This document shows positions 17,959-26,490 of a stretch of 64,000 bases of DNA, piece after piece; the first letter of the stretch is position 1, and each line of letters opens with the position of its first letter. Made by a program: the position numbers and the translations under genes. The notes beneath the pieces are model-generated. The model was given only the letters and a program-made list of their open reading frames with translations, did no database searches and had not been told where the DNA came from. The stretch spans positions 5,007 to 69,006 of the forward strand of contig DATFXJ010000062.1 in the NCBI GenBank assembly GCA_035315965.1, in the 5' to 3' direction. Source of the stretch: Pseudolabrys sp. Its GTDB lineage: Bacteria > Pseudomonadota > Alphaproteobacteria > Rhizobiales > Xanthobacteraceae.

Positions 17959-19128
17959 CTACTTGTGCGTCGGGTCTTTCACATTCGGCACAGTGTCGAA
18001 CTCGACATTGACGATATCGTTGCCAACTTTCTCCACCCTGCGGACATATACGTTCTGCACGATGTCGCGGGTCTCCGGATCGATGGAGATTGGCCCGCGC
18101 GGGCTTTCCCATTTCATGCCTTTGGCCGCGGCGATCAAGGCATCGCCATCGGTCTTGCCGCCGGTCTTCTTGAGCGCCTCGTAGATGAGATGCATGCCGT
18201 CATAGCCGCCGACCGCGAAGAAATCCGGATTGCGCTTAAATTCCGCGTTGAAGGCTTTCACGAAATCGGCATTCATCTTTGACTTGTGATTGTAATCGTA
18301 GTGCCAGGCACTGAGGCGGCCCAAAGCAAGATCGCCCAGACTTTTGATCGCAGTTTCGTCAACCGGCTCGCCGGTGCTCAGGATCTTGATCTTGTTGGGG
18401 TCGACTTGACGCTCGGCAAAGGCCTTGCCAATCGCGGCCGGCTGCGCGCCGCCCGGCACAAATAGGAAAATCGATTCCGGATTGAGATCCTTCGCACGCT
18501 GTACGAAGGCCGAGAAGTCCGGGTTGGCGATCGGCATGCGCACCGAACCCACAATCTCGCCGCCCGCTGCCTTAAATGCTTTCTGGAACGCGGTTTCGGC
18601 ATCGATGCCGGGACCGAAGTCGGTCACCATGGTATAGGCTTTCTTGATCTTGCCCTTGGTGGCCGCCCAGGTACCGAGCGTTTCGCCGATCTGCGGCAGC
18701 GTCAGTGACACGCGCACGATGTAGGGCGACTTCTCGGTAATGACCGACGTCGCGGCGTTCATGTCGACCATGAATTTCTTGGCTTCGGCTGAAATGCCCG
18801 AGGCGCCGAGCGCTTCCGGCGTGAGCGTAAAGCCGGCCAGCATGTCGGCCTTGTCACGCACGATCAATTCCTGCGCCAGGCGCTTGGCGACATCCGGGTT
18901 CGGGCCGCCGCTGTCTTTGCGGATGATCTCGATCTTCTTGCCGGCGACGGTGTCGCCGTGTTGCTTCATATAGAGCTTGATGCCGTTGTCGATCTGCGCG
19001 GTGGTGTCGGCGAACTGTCCGGAATAGGCAGAAATAACGCCGATCTTGATGGTTTCTTGGGCGCTAGCGCCTACCGGCAGCATGGCCGCCGCGAGGATGG
19101 CGGCGCCGGCGAATAACACGCGTTTCAT
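17959..19128 (-). CDS. Branched-chain-type ABC substrate-binding protein (LivK-like, PBP1)
   Basis: Signal peptide, IKIGVISAYSG, GKKIEIIRKDS and WESPRG motifs. Resembles the subfamily that binds aromatic acids (recalled, not tested). Confidence 0.88.
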   Translation of the reverse strand: MKRVLFAGAAILAAAMLPVGASAQETIKIGVISAYSGQFADTTAQIDNGIKLYMKQHGDTVAGKKIEIIRKDSGGPNPDVAKRLAQELIVRDKADMLAGFTLTPEALGASGISAEAKKFMVDMNAATSVITEKSPYIVRVSLTLPQIGETLGTWAATKGKIKKAYTMVTDFGPGIDAETAFQKAFKAAGGEIVGSVRMPIANPDFSAFVQRAKDLNPESIFLFVPGGAQPAAIGKAFAERQVDPNKIKILSTGEPVDETAIKSLGDLALGRLSAWHYDYNHKSKMNADFVKAFNAEFKRNPDFFAVGGYDGMHLIYEALKKTGGKTDGDALIAAAKGMKWESPRGPISIDPETRDIVQNVYVRRVEKVGNDIVNVEFDTVPNVKDPTHK

Positions 19129-19269
19129 GATGGTCCTCCCCTGAAAATCGTTTGCTTCGTATTGTTGTTGTTAGAATGCCTGAGGTTTCATGCAAAGAAA
19201 AGCGCTGCGGCCGGAGGTCGCGGCGTATTGGTTGGAAGCCAGTGCAGGCCAGTATCGCCCATTCTTACT

Positions 19270-19360
19270 GTCGTCCCCGCGAAGCCGAGGACCCAAAGTT
19301 GCAGCCTGACAAAAGATACAGGCTATCGTCCCGGGACTCCGCTCGGTTGCCCGGGACGAC
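19270..19360. repeat. REP-like palindromic element, family C (GTCGTCCCCGCGAA...GGGACGAC)
   Basis: Terminal inverted repeat GTCGTCCC/GGGACGAC in the spacer upstream of livK. Confidence 0.7.
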
Positions 19361-19389
19361 CTTGATTTTCTAGGGCGTCGCGGCTTCGC

Positions 19390-20262
19390 TCACGCCAGCG
19401 ACAGCGTTGCCCGCTCGTATTGGGCGCTGCCCATTTTCCCTTCCGGGAAAATGCGGTGGGCAGCAATCCACTCGAAGGATTCCTCGTAGATTTCCTTGGT
19501 ATAGGGCTCGAACACCAGCCTTTCTCCAGGACCCCAGCGCCGCGTGTCCATTTTGGCGTGGAAGCGGTCGGGGAATTCCTTCTTGTAATAATGAGTATAG
19601 AGTTCGGGCCGCAGGTCGATGTCACGCTGGGCCTTGCGGAGTGCGCGGAAGAACTTGCGCAGGTCTTCAGGATCGGGATCGCCATGGATCATGGTGCCGA
19701 TCATGAAGGTGGCGTCGATCACCTTGCGGAACCCAAGCTGTTCGGCGAAGTAATAGGGCCCCCCAAAGAGGTGCACGGCCGGCGCCTTGCCCTCGAACAG
19801 CCGCTCCATGCGCGCAAACAGCATGCCGTCGGAATAGACGAGGTTCATCTCCTCCGGCTTCAGGTACTGTTCGAGTGCCTGCACCGTCGAATAATGACTA
19901 CCGGATTGATAGCCGACCGAAACCGGCACGCCAGCCAGATCGGTCGGATCTTTTATCTTCGAATCGCCGGCGACAAAGATACCAGCGGGCGCCACCGAAT
20001 AGACGTCGGTGTACATCTTGCCGTGCCCGTTGGACGCAGCGACGTTGACGGTCCAGTGGCAGGCGCAGCTGACGTTCGATTTGCGACCTTCCTCGAATGA
20101 CTGGTAGGCGCCAACTTTGTCGCCTTTGTCGTGAATCTTGCCGCCGGTCGAGCGCATTAGCTCGCGGAATTCGTATTCAAGGCCTTCCTTGCGGAAGTAG
20201 TCCTTCTCCTCGGCCACCCATTCCTGCAGTCGGAAATGCGGTTCGATCAGGAATTTCGCCAT
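19390..20262 (-). CDS. Class II binding-protein-fold protein (NMT1/SsuA-like) lacking a signal peptide
   Basis: WVAEEKDYFRKEGLEYE and DLAGVPVSVGYQSGSH patterns. An in-frame TAA 18 nt upstream of the ATG excludes an N-terminal extension; AAGGGAG RBS. Confidence 0.75.
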   Translation of the reverse strand: MAKFLIEPHFRLQEWVAEEKDYFRKEGLEYEFRELMRSTGGKIHDKGDKVGAYQSFEEGRKSNVSCACHWTVNVAASNGHGKMYTDVYSVAPAGIFVAGDSKIKDPTDLAGVPVSVGYQSGSHYSTVQALEQYLKPEEMNLVYSDGMLFARMERLFEGKAPAVHLFGGPYYFAEQLGFRKVIDATFMIGTMIHGDPDPEDLRKFFRALRKAQRDIDLRPELYTHYYKKEFPDRFHAKMDTRRWGPGERLVFEPYTKEIYEESFEWIAAHRIFPEGKMGSAQYERATLSLA

Positions 20263-20284
20263 GGTTTTGTTCTCCCTTTAGTTT

Positions 20285-21058
20285 CTAGCAGCATGATTGT
20301 CCTTGGTGCCCGCGTTCGGCCACGCGCCGGGCGCGGATCATCTTGACGTGGTCGTCCATCAGCGCGCGCGCAGCGGCTGCATCACGCATCTCAATCAGGT
20401 CGGTAAGCTGGGTGTGAATGTCCAGGATGTGCCGCGCGAGCTTAGGCGTTGCGGTAACGTTGCGGCGGGGCCAGGAGACGTGCTCAAGCGAGATGAGCTG
20501 CACGACCAGCACTCGGTTGTGCGAAGCTTCGGCGACGGCAAGGTGAAAGTCGCGCGATAGGCGCGTGAACAGGTCGAGGTCGCCGATCACGCCTTCAGCG
20601 TCGCGCAACAGTTGGCGCAATCTGGCGATATCGGTGGCGGTCGCATTCTCGGCCGCGAGTTCTGCGCCAAGGGTCTCGATCGCGCGCTGCGCGTCCATGA
20701 TCTCGGCGGTGGACACGCCGGTAAGGTCGAGCTGGACGGCTAGCGCCTCGGCGAAGAGGCGCGGATTGCCCTGCGCGATACGCGCCCCGCCACCCTTGCC
20801 CATGCGGATTTCGACGATGCCAAGTGCTTCCAGTGTGCGCAATGCATCGCGCGCGACGATCCGGCTGGCGCTGAAGCGTGCCGCGAGGTCCTTCTCGGTG
20901 CCGAGAAAATCACCGGGTTTAAGTTTCTTGGCGAAGAGGGCGTCGCGCACCCAGGTGACGATCTGCGCCGACAGCGAGGCGGAACGGCCAGCAAGCATAA
21001 TTCGGGCGGTGAGGTCACCGTTCATCGTCACCGGCTGCCGCAGTGCCATTCGTGACAT
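20285..21058 (-). CDS. GntR/FadR family transcriptional regulator (FCD domain)
   Basis: wHTH LKPGDFLGTEKDLAARFSASRIVARDAL and FCD motifs DFHLAVAEASHN and DIHTQLTDLI. Confidence 0.92.
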   Translation of the reverse strand: MSRMALRQPVTMNGDLTARIMLAGRSASLSAQIVTWVRDALFAKKLKPGDFLGTEKDLAARFSASRIVARDALRTLEALGIVEIRMGKGGGARIAQGNPRLFAEALAVQLDLTGVSTAEIMDAQRAIETLGAELAAENATATDIARLRQLLRDAEGVIGDLDLFTRLSRDFHLAVAEASHNRVLVVQLISLEHVSWPRRNVTATPKLARHILDIHTQLTDLIEMRDAAAARALMDDHVKMIRARRVAERGHQGQSCC

Positions 21059-21107
21059 ATCGACGCCCTTGTTGAGAGAATGAGTATGGAGGGATGGCTT
21101 AAAATAG

Positions 21108-21129
21108 TAAAGATATCATCTTATCTTTA
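21108..21129. promoter_or_regulatory. Palindromic operator candidate TAAAGATA-N6-TATCTTTA
   Basis: Perfect 8-bp inverted repeat 50-71 nt upstream of the GntR start, adjacent to a minus-strand TACTAT -10-like hexamer. Confidence 0.6.
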
Positions 21130-21278
21130 TTTTCATCCAGTTACGGCAGCGTTTTTCGCGGTTACTGTCATGCCGCGAGCCATGCTTCCGAGCCCGCCTG
21201 GCAAGATCTCCGTGAACTAACGAGCGTGCTGCGGGAAAAACCAAACCGAAGCTGCTTCTGATCTGAAGCAGCCGATAT

Positions 21279-21657
21279 TTATTTGATCACTTCGTCTGCA
21301 AAAGAGATCAGCCCTGCCGGAATAGCAAGGCCCAAAGTTTTGGCGGTCTTAAGATTGATCACGAGTTCGAATTTTGTCGGCTGAAGCACTGGCAGATCGG
21401 CCGGCTTCGCGCCTTTCAGAATCTGTCCGACATAATTGCCAGTGTGAGCGCCCATCGATATTCGATCGTAACGTTCTTGCCCTCGACGAAACCGGTCTCG
21501 CTCAGGCCTTGGAGGAACGCGGCAAGCAAATGCTTGGAATCGTCAGGCGAGCGGCCCTCATAAAGCCGATAATCGGGGTCACCTGCTGCTGTGCCCGGAT
21601 CACCGTCGGCCACACAGCTGCTGCGCCCAACAAGATAATGAATTTCCGCCTTCTCAC
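21279..21657 (-). pseudogene. ABC_sub_bind-type substrate-binding protein remnant (frameshift plus internal deletion)
   Basis: GTG start, RRRKFIILLGAAAVWPTVIRAQQ, frameshift, [36 protein letters not shown], then directly the family C-terminus [37 protein letters not shown]...ADEVIK*. Confidence 0.85.
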
Positions 21658-21917
21658 TTTCGGCCCCTTAGGTCCCACAGTAGCATAGTTTTTGCGTTAG
21701 TGGATGTGCCGCTCGTTTCGAAGCCAGTCACCCATAGCTGATTGGCCAACAAAGTCCGCAGAATGCTCGACAACCCTGAAGCGTCAAGGGGGCCATAATC
21801 GGCCGGCCCCGCTTACGAAATAAGCACGCAAAAACCGCTTTGAGTTGGAGCTGCAGACATTTATTGCTCATTCAGCCGCAATCAATCACTTTAATAGTTA
21901 ATAATTGGCCAGCACTC

Positions 21918-23495
21918 ATGCTTTGGAAAAGCCAGCCAATCGCTTCGAAACCGAGACCTGTGAGATCCCGCTCGCTTGATTTTTCCGTTTCGCAGGTTTT
22001 GGTACTATTTGTGGCGTTGATATTGCTGATATCGATTCCGATTTGGACACACCCGCTGCCACCGCTTTCAGATTACGTAAATCACCTCGCGCGTATGCAG
22101 GTGATCGCAGAGTTGTCCCGCGATCATCCGATTGCGAAGTTCTATGAATTGCATTGGCAGGTGATCCCAAATTTGGCGATGGACATTGTCGTGCCGCCGC
22201 TGGCACGGATCATGAATGTTTATCTCGCCGGCCAAGTTTTTCTCGTGTTGATGTTCGTGGTCATTATTTCTGGGATTCTTGTACTGAATCGGGCACTGGT
22301 CGGCCGATTTTCCGTACTGCCTTTATTCGCGATCCCTCTGCTCTACAACTTTGTATTCCTCGTTGGACTAATGAATTACATATTCGGAATCGGCATCGCG
22401 ATATGGGCGTTGGCTGGCTGGTTTGCTGTTCGGGAACGCACATGGCCGATACGGTTTGTACTATCCTCGTTTTTTATTGTGGTCCTCTTTTTTTGCCATC
22501 TCTCAGCACTTGGCATTTACGGGATTGGTTTGCTTTCCGCTGAGCTTTTGCGGCTATGGGAGCGTCGGACGGAGCCTTGGCCTCGCAGGATCGCCGAATT
22601 TTTCCTTAGCGGTATGCCGTTTCTCATCGTCGTGCCACTGCTGTACACCAGTCCGACAATGCAACTTGTCGTCGCCACGTCGTGGGAACAGCGCGGCAAA
22701 CTGGATGGATTGATATATGTAATCGCCAATTACACCGATATTACCGCTTTTGCATTGGTTACAATCTTGGCTGCTTGCGCAGTCTGGGCATTCCGCCACC
22801 GTGTCCTGAAATTTCATCCGCTTGCTTTGGCGCTGCTTATTGTCGGCGGCGTCATTTATTTTGCAATGCCACGCGTCATGTTCGACACCTATATGGCCGA
22901 TCAGCGGGTGCCGCTCGGTATTGCTTTCATTCTTTTCGCATGTGGCGATTTGGACGCGCGGCGCCGCCTTGTAAGACGAGGGTTTTTGATTGTCCTTATC
23001 GTTTTGATCGCTGGTCGGCTCCTAGAGATTGACTACAACTGGTCGCAATTGTCGGATTCAACCAGCGAGTTTCGCTCATCCGTGCGCCGTATTGCGCCGG
23101 GTTCAAAAGTTTTTGTGGCATATGCAAGCGCCGCGTCCGGCGAAGACGTGCGCGACCTTGGCCTTGTCCATGCCGCTTGCATCGCCACAATTGAGCGTTC
23201 CGCGCTGGTTACGACCTTATTCAGCGTGGACGGCAAGCAGGTAATACATGTTCGACCTGAATATCGCGACTACGCCGACATCCACGATGGAACTCCACCT
23301 TCGGCCGCGCAACTCATTCTTGCAGCAGATCGTCCATTGCCGAACATGCCGGCTTTCTGGCTCAATTGGACAAAATTTGACTATATCTACATTCTCTTCA
23401 CGGAAGACGACGCGCCCAATCCGGATCCATCACGTCTGCGCCTCGTAACCGATGGCGATCGTTTTCAACTTTATCGCATAGTGAAGACAGATTAA
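21918..23495 (+). CDS. Polytopic membrane protein, possible GT-C-fold glycosyltransferase
   Basis: Many TM segments, PPLSDYVNHLAR acidic motif after TM1 and a soluble C-terminal domain. Start set at ATG 21918. Confidence 0.65.
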   Translation: MLWKSQPIASKPRPVRSRSLDFSVSQVLVLFVALILLISIPIWTHPLPPLSDYVNHLARMQVIAELSRDHPIAKFYELHWQVIPNLAMDIVVPPLARIMNVYLAGQVFLVLMFVVIISGILVLNRALVGRFSVLPLFAIPLLYNFVFLVGLMNYIFGIGIAIWALAGWFAVRERTWPIRFVLSSFFIVVLFFCHLSALGIYGIGLLSAELLRLWERRTEPWPRRIAEFFLSGMPFLIVVPLLYTSPTMQLVVATSWEQRGKLDGLIYVIANYTDITAFALVTILAACAVWAFRHRVLKFHPLALALLIVGGVIYFAMPRVMFDTYMADQRVPLGIAFILFACGDLDARRRLVRRGFLIVLIVLIAGRLLEIDYNWSQLSDSTSEFRSSVRRIAPGSKVFVAYASAASGEDVRDLGLVHAACIATIERSALVTTLFSVDGKQVIHVRPEYRDYADIHDGTPPSAAQLILAADRPLPNMPAFWLNWTKFDYIYILFTEDDAPNPDPSRLRLVTDGDRFQLYRIVKTD

Positions 23496-23593
23496 GGCCG
23501 GTCTGCCATCGCGCTGCTTAGCGGCCTATCTCGATAGCCGGGCACAGCGCCTAGGTTGATTGAATCGCGCAACTAGCTCGCTCCCCTGCACGC

Positions 23594-24772
23594 TCACGCT
23601 ACTTTCTTGCCCCAAAGTCTTGCCGAGGCAATGTCGGCGCCCTGACGGATCGCGGCAAGCTTCAGCCAGACCACGGGCTCGATCACCCATTCGCGCTTGG
23701 TGAAAGTACCGAAGCCGCAGTCGGTCGAAGCGATCACACGCTCGCGTTCACCGACCGCGCGTACCGCCTCCTCGATACGGCGCGCCACCACCTCCGGATG
23801 CTCGACGAAGTTGCTGGTGGTTTCCACCACGCCCGGGATCAGCAGCATGTCTTTCGGCAGTGGATATTTCTTTAGCGTGTCGTATTCGTGCGCGTGACGC
23901 GGGTTCGAGAACTCAATCGACAGCGCACCGACCTTGGCTTGGTAGAGCGCCGGCAGGATTTTCTCCAGCGCTATGTCGTGAATGTGCGGGCCCTCCCAGT
24001 TGCCGTAACAAATGTGCAGCCGCACGCGATCGCGCGGGATCCCTGCAATGCCATCATTGATCGCCTGTACGTGCCGCTCGACGCGTTTGACGAAGCCGAT
24101 ATCATCGAGGTCGCGATACATCATGGTGCGATCCATGGCGAGATCGGGCGCATCGATTTGCAACAACAGTCCGGCTTTATGGATAATCTGATATTCGTTT
24201 TTCATCTCGCGCGCGATCGCATCGAGATAATCGTCATGTGTCTGGTAGAACGCGTTGAGCATGGTGGTCGAAATGATGCCAGGTGAGGGCGCGGTCATGA
24301 ACCGCTCCGAAAAGGCCCCGAGCTCGTCGGCGATCTTGTTGAAGCCCGTGGTCTCCTCATTAATCGGCTTGAGATCCTTGTATTTGATGTCGGCCTGGGC
24401 CTCCGGCGCGCCTTGCTGGCTCTTAGCCGGGTTCGGGAAGCGCCGCATCAGATAGGCCAGCAGTTCGGGGAATTCCTCGAATTCACGTCCGCGCCGACGC
24501 TTCGACACGCCCCCAAAGCCAGTCATGCGCTGCGGCACATAGGTCTGAAAGCTGATGCGGCGCTGCTCGCCGTCATTGCCGATATCGATGCCGGCTTTCA
24601 ACTGCCTATCGACGACATGGCGCACCGCCTTATCCATTTCCGCAATCAGCACCTTCATGTCATAGGGCTTGCCTTCTTCCTGCGCCATCAATAGGTCCGA
24701 CAGTTTTTCGTTGCGCGGCAAGCTCCCGACATGAGTGGTGAGAATGCGGTCCCGGCTGAAGATCATACGCAT
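23594..24772 (-). CDS. Cobalamin-independent methionine synthase II family (single-barrel MetE-like Zn enzyme)
   Basis: TTHVGSLPR, NDGE, LQIDAPD and Zn ligands HICYGN and STDCGF. Confidence 0.85.
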   Translation of the reverse strand: MRMIFSRDRILTTHVGSLPRNEKLSDLLMAQEEGKPYDMKVLIAEMDKAVRHVVDRQLKAGIDIGNDGEQRRISFQTYVPQRMTGFGGVSKRRRGREFEEFPELLAYLMRRFPNPAKSQQGAPEAQADIKYKDLKPINEETTGFNKIADELGAFSERFMTAPSPGIISTTMLNAFYQTHDDYLDAIAREMKNEYQIIHKAGLLLQIDAPDLAMDRTMMYRDLDDIGFVKRVERHVQAINDGIAGIPRDRVRLHICYGNWEGPHIHDIALEKILPALYQAKVGALSIEFSNPRHAHEYDTLKKYPLPKDMLLIPGVVETTSNFVEHPEVVARRIEEAVRAVGERERVIASTDCGFGTFTKREWVIEPVVWLKLAAIRQGADIASARLWGKKVA

Positions 24773-24844
24773 GGCTCCTGTTCGGCGGACATTGCGGCGT
24801 TTCGTTCGCCCTTGCATAATACGAATGTCTCGGGAGGAACAACA

Positions 24845-26443
24845 ATGACGGTCGTGGAAGCGCGCGCGGCAAAATCGGTCACGCCCGAATCCATGGGCGC
24901 TGTCCCACGCGACTACAATTTTGCCGCCGATGTTCTAGAAAGTAATCTTGCCGCCGGACGTGCCAACAAATCGGCCTATATCGACGCGCGCGGCACACAT
25001 ACCTATGGCGAACTTGCCGACCGCGTGGCGCGTTTTGGTTCCGTGTTACGTGGGCTTGGAATTAAGCGCGAAGAGCGCGTGCTGCTGGCGCTGCTTGATA
25101 CCATCGATTGGCCTACTGCGTTTCTCGGCTGTTTGAAAGCAGGCTTCATCGCGGTGCCTGTAAACACGCTGCTCACAGAGGACGACTATCGCTTCATGTT
25201 GGCCGATAGTCGCGCGAAATGCTTGGTGGTCTCGGAGGCGCTGTTTCCGAAATTCGAGAAGCTCATCAAGCAAAGCCCAGATCTCGAGCACGTCATCGTG
25301 TCGGGCACCAGTCCGCACGGCTATCGTCTGTTCGAGGATGTGATCGGGTCCAACGACCCGGAATCTTATACGGCGCCGACCACCTGTGACGATATCGCAT
25401 TCTGGCTGTACACGTCGGGATCAACCGGAAAGCCGAAAGGCGCGGTACACGTCCATGCAAGTCTCAAGCTCACTGCCGATCTTTATGGCACGCCTGGCGT
25501 GGGCCTGAAGGAAAGCGACATGTGCTATTCGGTCGCGAAATTGTTTTTCGCCTACGGCCTCGGCAATGCCATGACCTTTCCAATGACCGTCGGTGCGACC
25601 ACTATACTTAACGCTGAAAGACCGACACCGGATGGCGTTGCGGCGTTATTGCGGAAACATCCGATCACAGTGTTTTTCGCTGTACCGACTTTTTATGCCG
25701 CGTTCCTAGCTAATCCGAACGCGCCGCAGAAATCGGAAGTGAAAATCCGCCGCTGCATTTCTGCCGGCGAGGCGTTGCCCGAAGAAATCGCGCGCAAGTG
25801 GAAGGATCGTTATGGCGTCGAAATTTCAGACGGGCTAGGCACGACGGAGATGCTTCACATCTATCTCACCAACGCGCCGGGCGCGACCAAATACGGCACG
25901 ACTGGGAAGCCGGTGCCGGGTTATGAGATCAAACTGATCGGTGATGACGGTCAGCCAGTGAGGAAAGGCGAAATGGGCGAACTTTATGTACGCGGGCCGA
26001 CCAGCGCAATCATGTACTGGAACAATCGCGACAAATCGCGCTCCACTTTCCAGGGCGAATGGACGCGCTCAGGCGACAAATATATCGAGGATGTCGAAGG
26101 CTATTACGTATGCTGTGGGCGGCAGGACGACATGCTGAAAGTATCGGGTATGTATGTCTCGCCGTTCGAGGTCGAGGCAGCGCTGTCATCGCATCCCGAC
26201 GTGCTAGAGGCGGCGGTGGTGGGCTGGCACGACGAGCAAAAATTGATCAAGCCGAAGGCCTTTGTGGTGCTCAAATCGCCGGACAGGGCCAGCGATGCCC
26301 TAGTCCAGGCGTTGCAGGAACACGTCAAAGCAAAGCTCGCGCCGTACAAATATCCGCGCTGGATCGAATTCCGCAAAGACTTGCCGAAAACCGCGACGGG
26401 CAAAATTCAGCGGTTCAAATTGAGGGCAGAGGGTAAACAGTAA
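24845..26443 (+). CDS. Benzoate-CoA ligase family aryl-CoA ligase
   Basis: YNFAADVL, YTSGSTGKPKG (A3), FAYGLGN, CISAGEAL, DGLGTTEMLHI and PKTATGKIQR (A10). Start ATG 24845 with GGAGG RBS. Confidence 0.9.
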   Translation: MTVVEARAAKSVTPESMGAVPRDYNFAADVLESNLAAGRANKSAYIDARGTHTYGELADRVARFGSVLRGLGIKREERVLLALLDTIDWPTAFLGCLKAGFIAVPVNTLLTEDDYRFMLADSRAKCLVVSEALFPKFEKLIKQSPDLEHVIVSGTSPHGYRLFEDVIGSNDPESYTAPTTCDDIAFWLYTSGSTGKPKGAVHVHASLKLTADLYGTPGVGLKESDMCYSVAKLFFAYGLGNAMTFPMTVGATTILNAERPTPDGVAALLRKHPITVFFAVPTFYAAFLANPNAPQKSEVKIRRCISAGEALPEEIARKWKDRYGVEISDGLGTTEMLHIYLTNAPGATKYGTTGKPVPGYEIKLIGDDGQPVRKGEMGELYVRGPTSAIMYWNNRDKSRSTFQGEWTRSGDKYIEDVEGYYVCCGRQDDMLKVSGMYVSPFEVEAALSSHPDVLEAAVVGWHDEQKLIKPKAFVVLKSPDRASDALVQALQEHVKAKLAPYKYPRWIEFRKDLPKTATGKIQRFKLRAEGKQ

Positions 26444-26490
26444 CTGTCATCAGCGGGGCCGCCGCGAAGCCGCGTGAAGCTGAAATTCTA

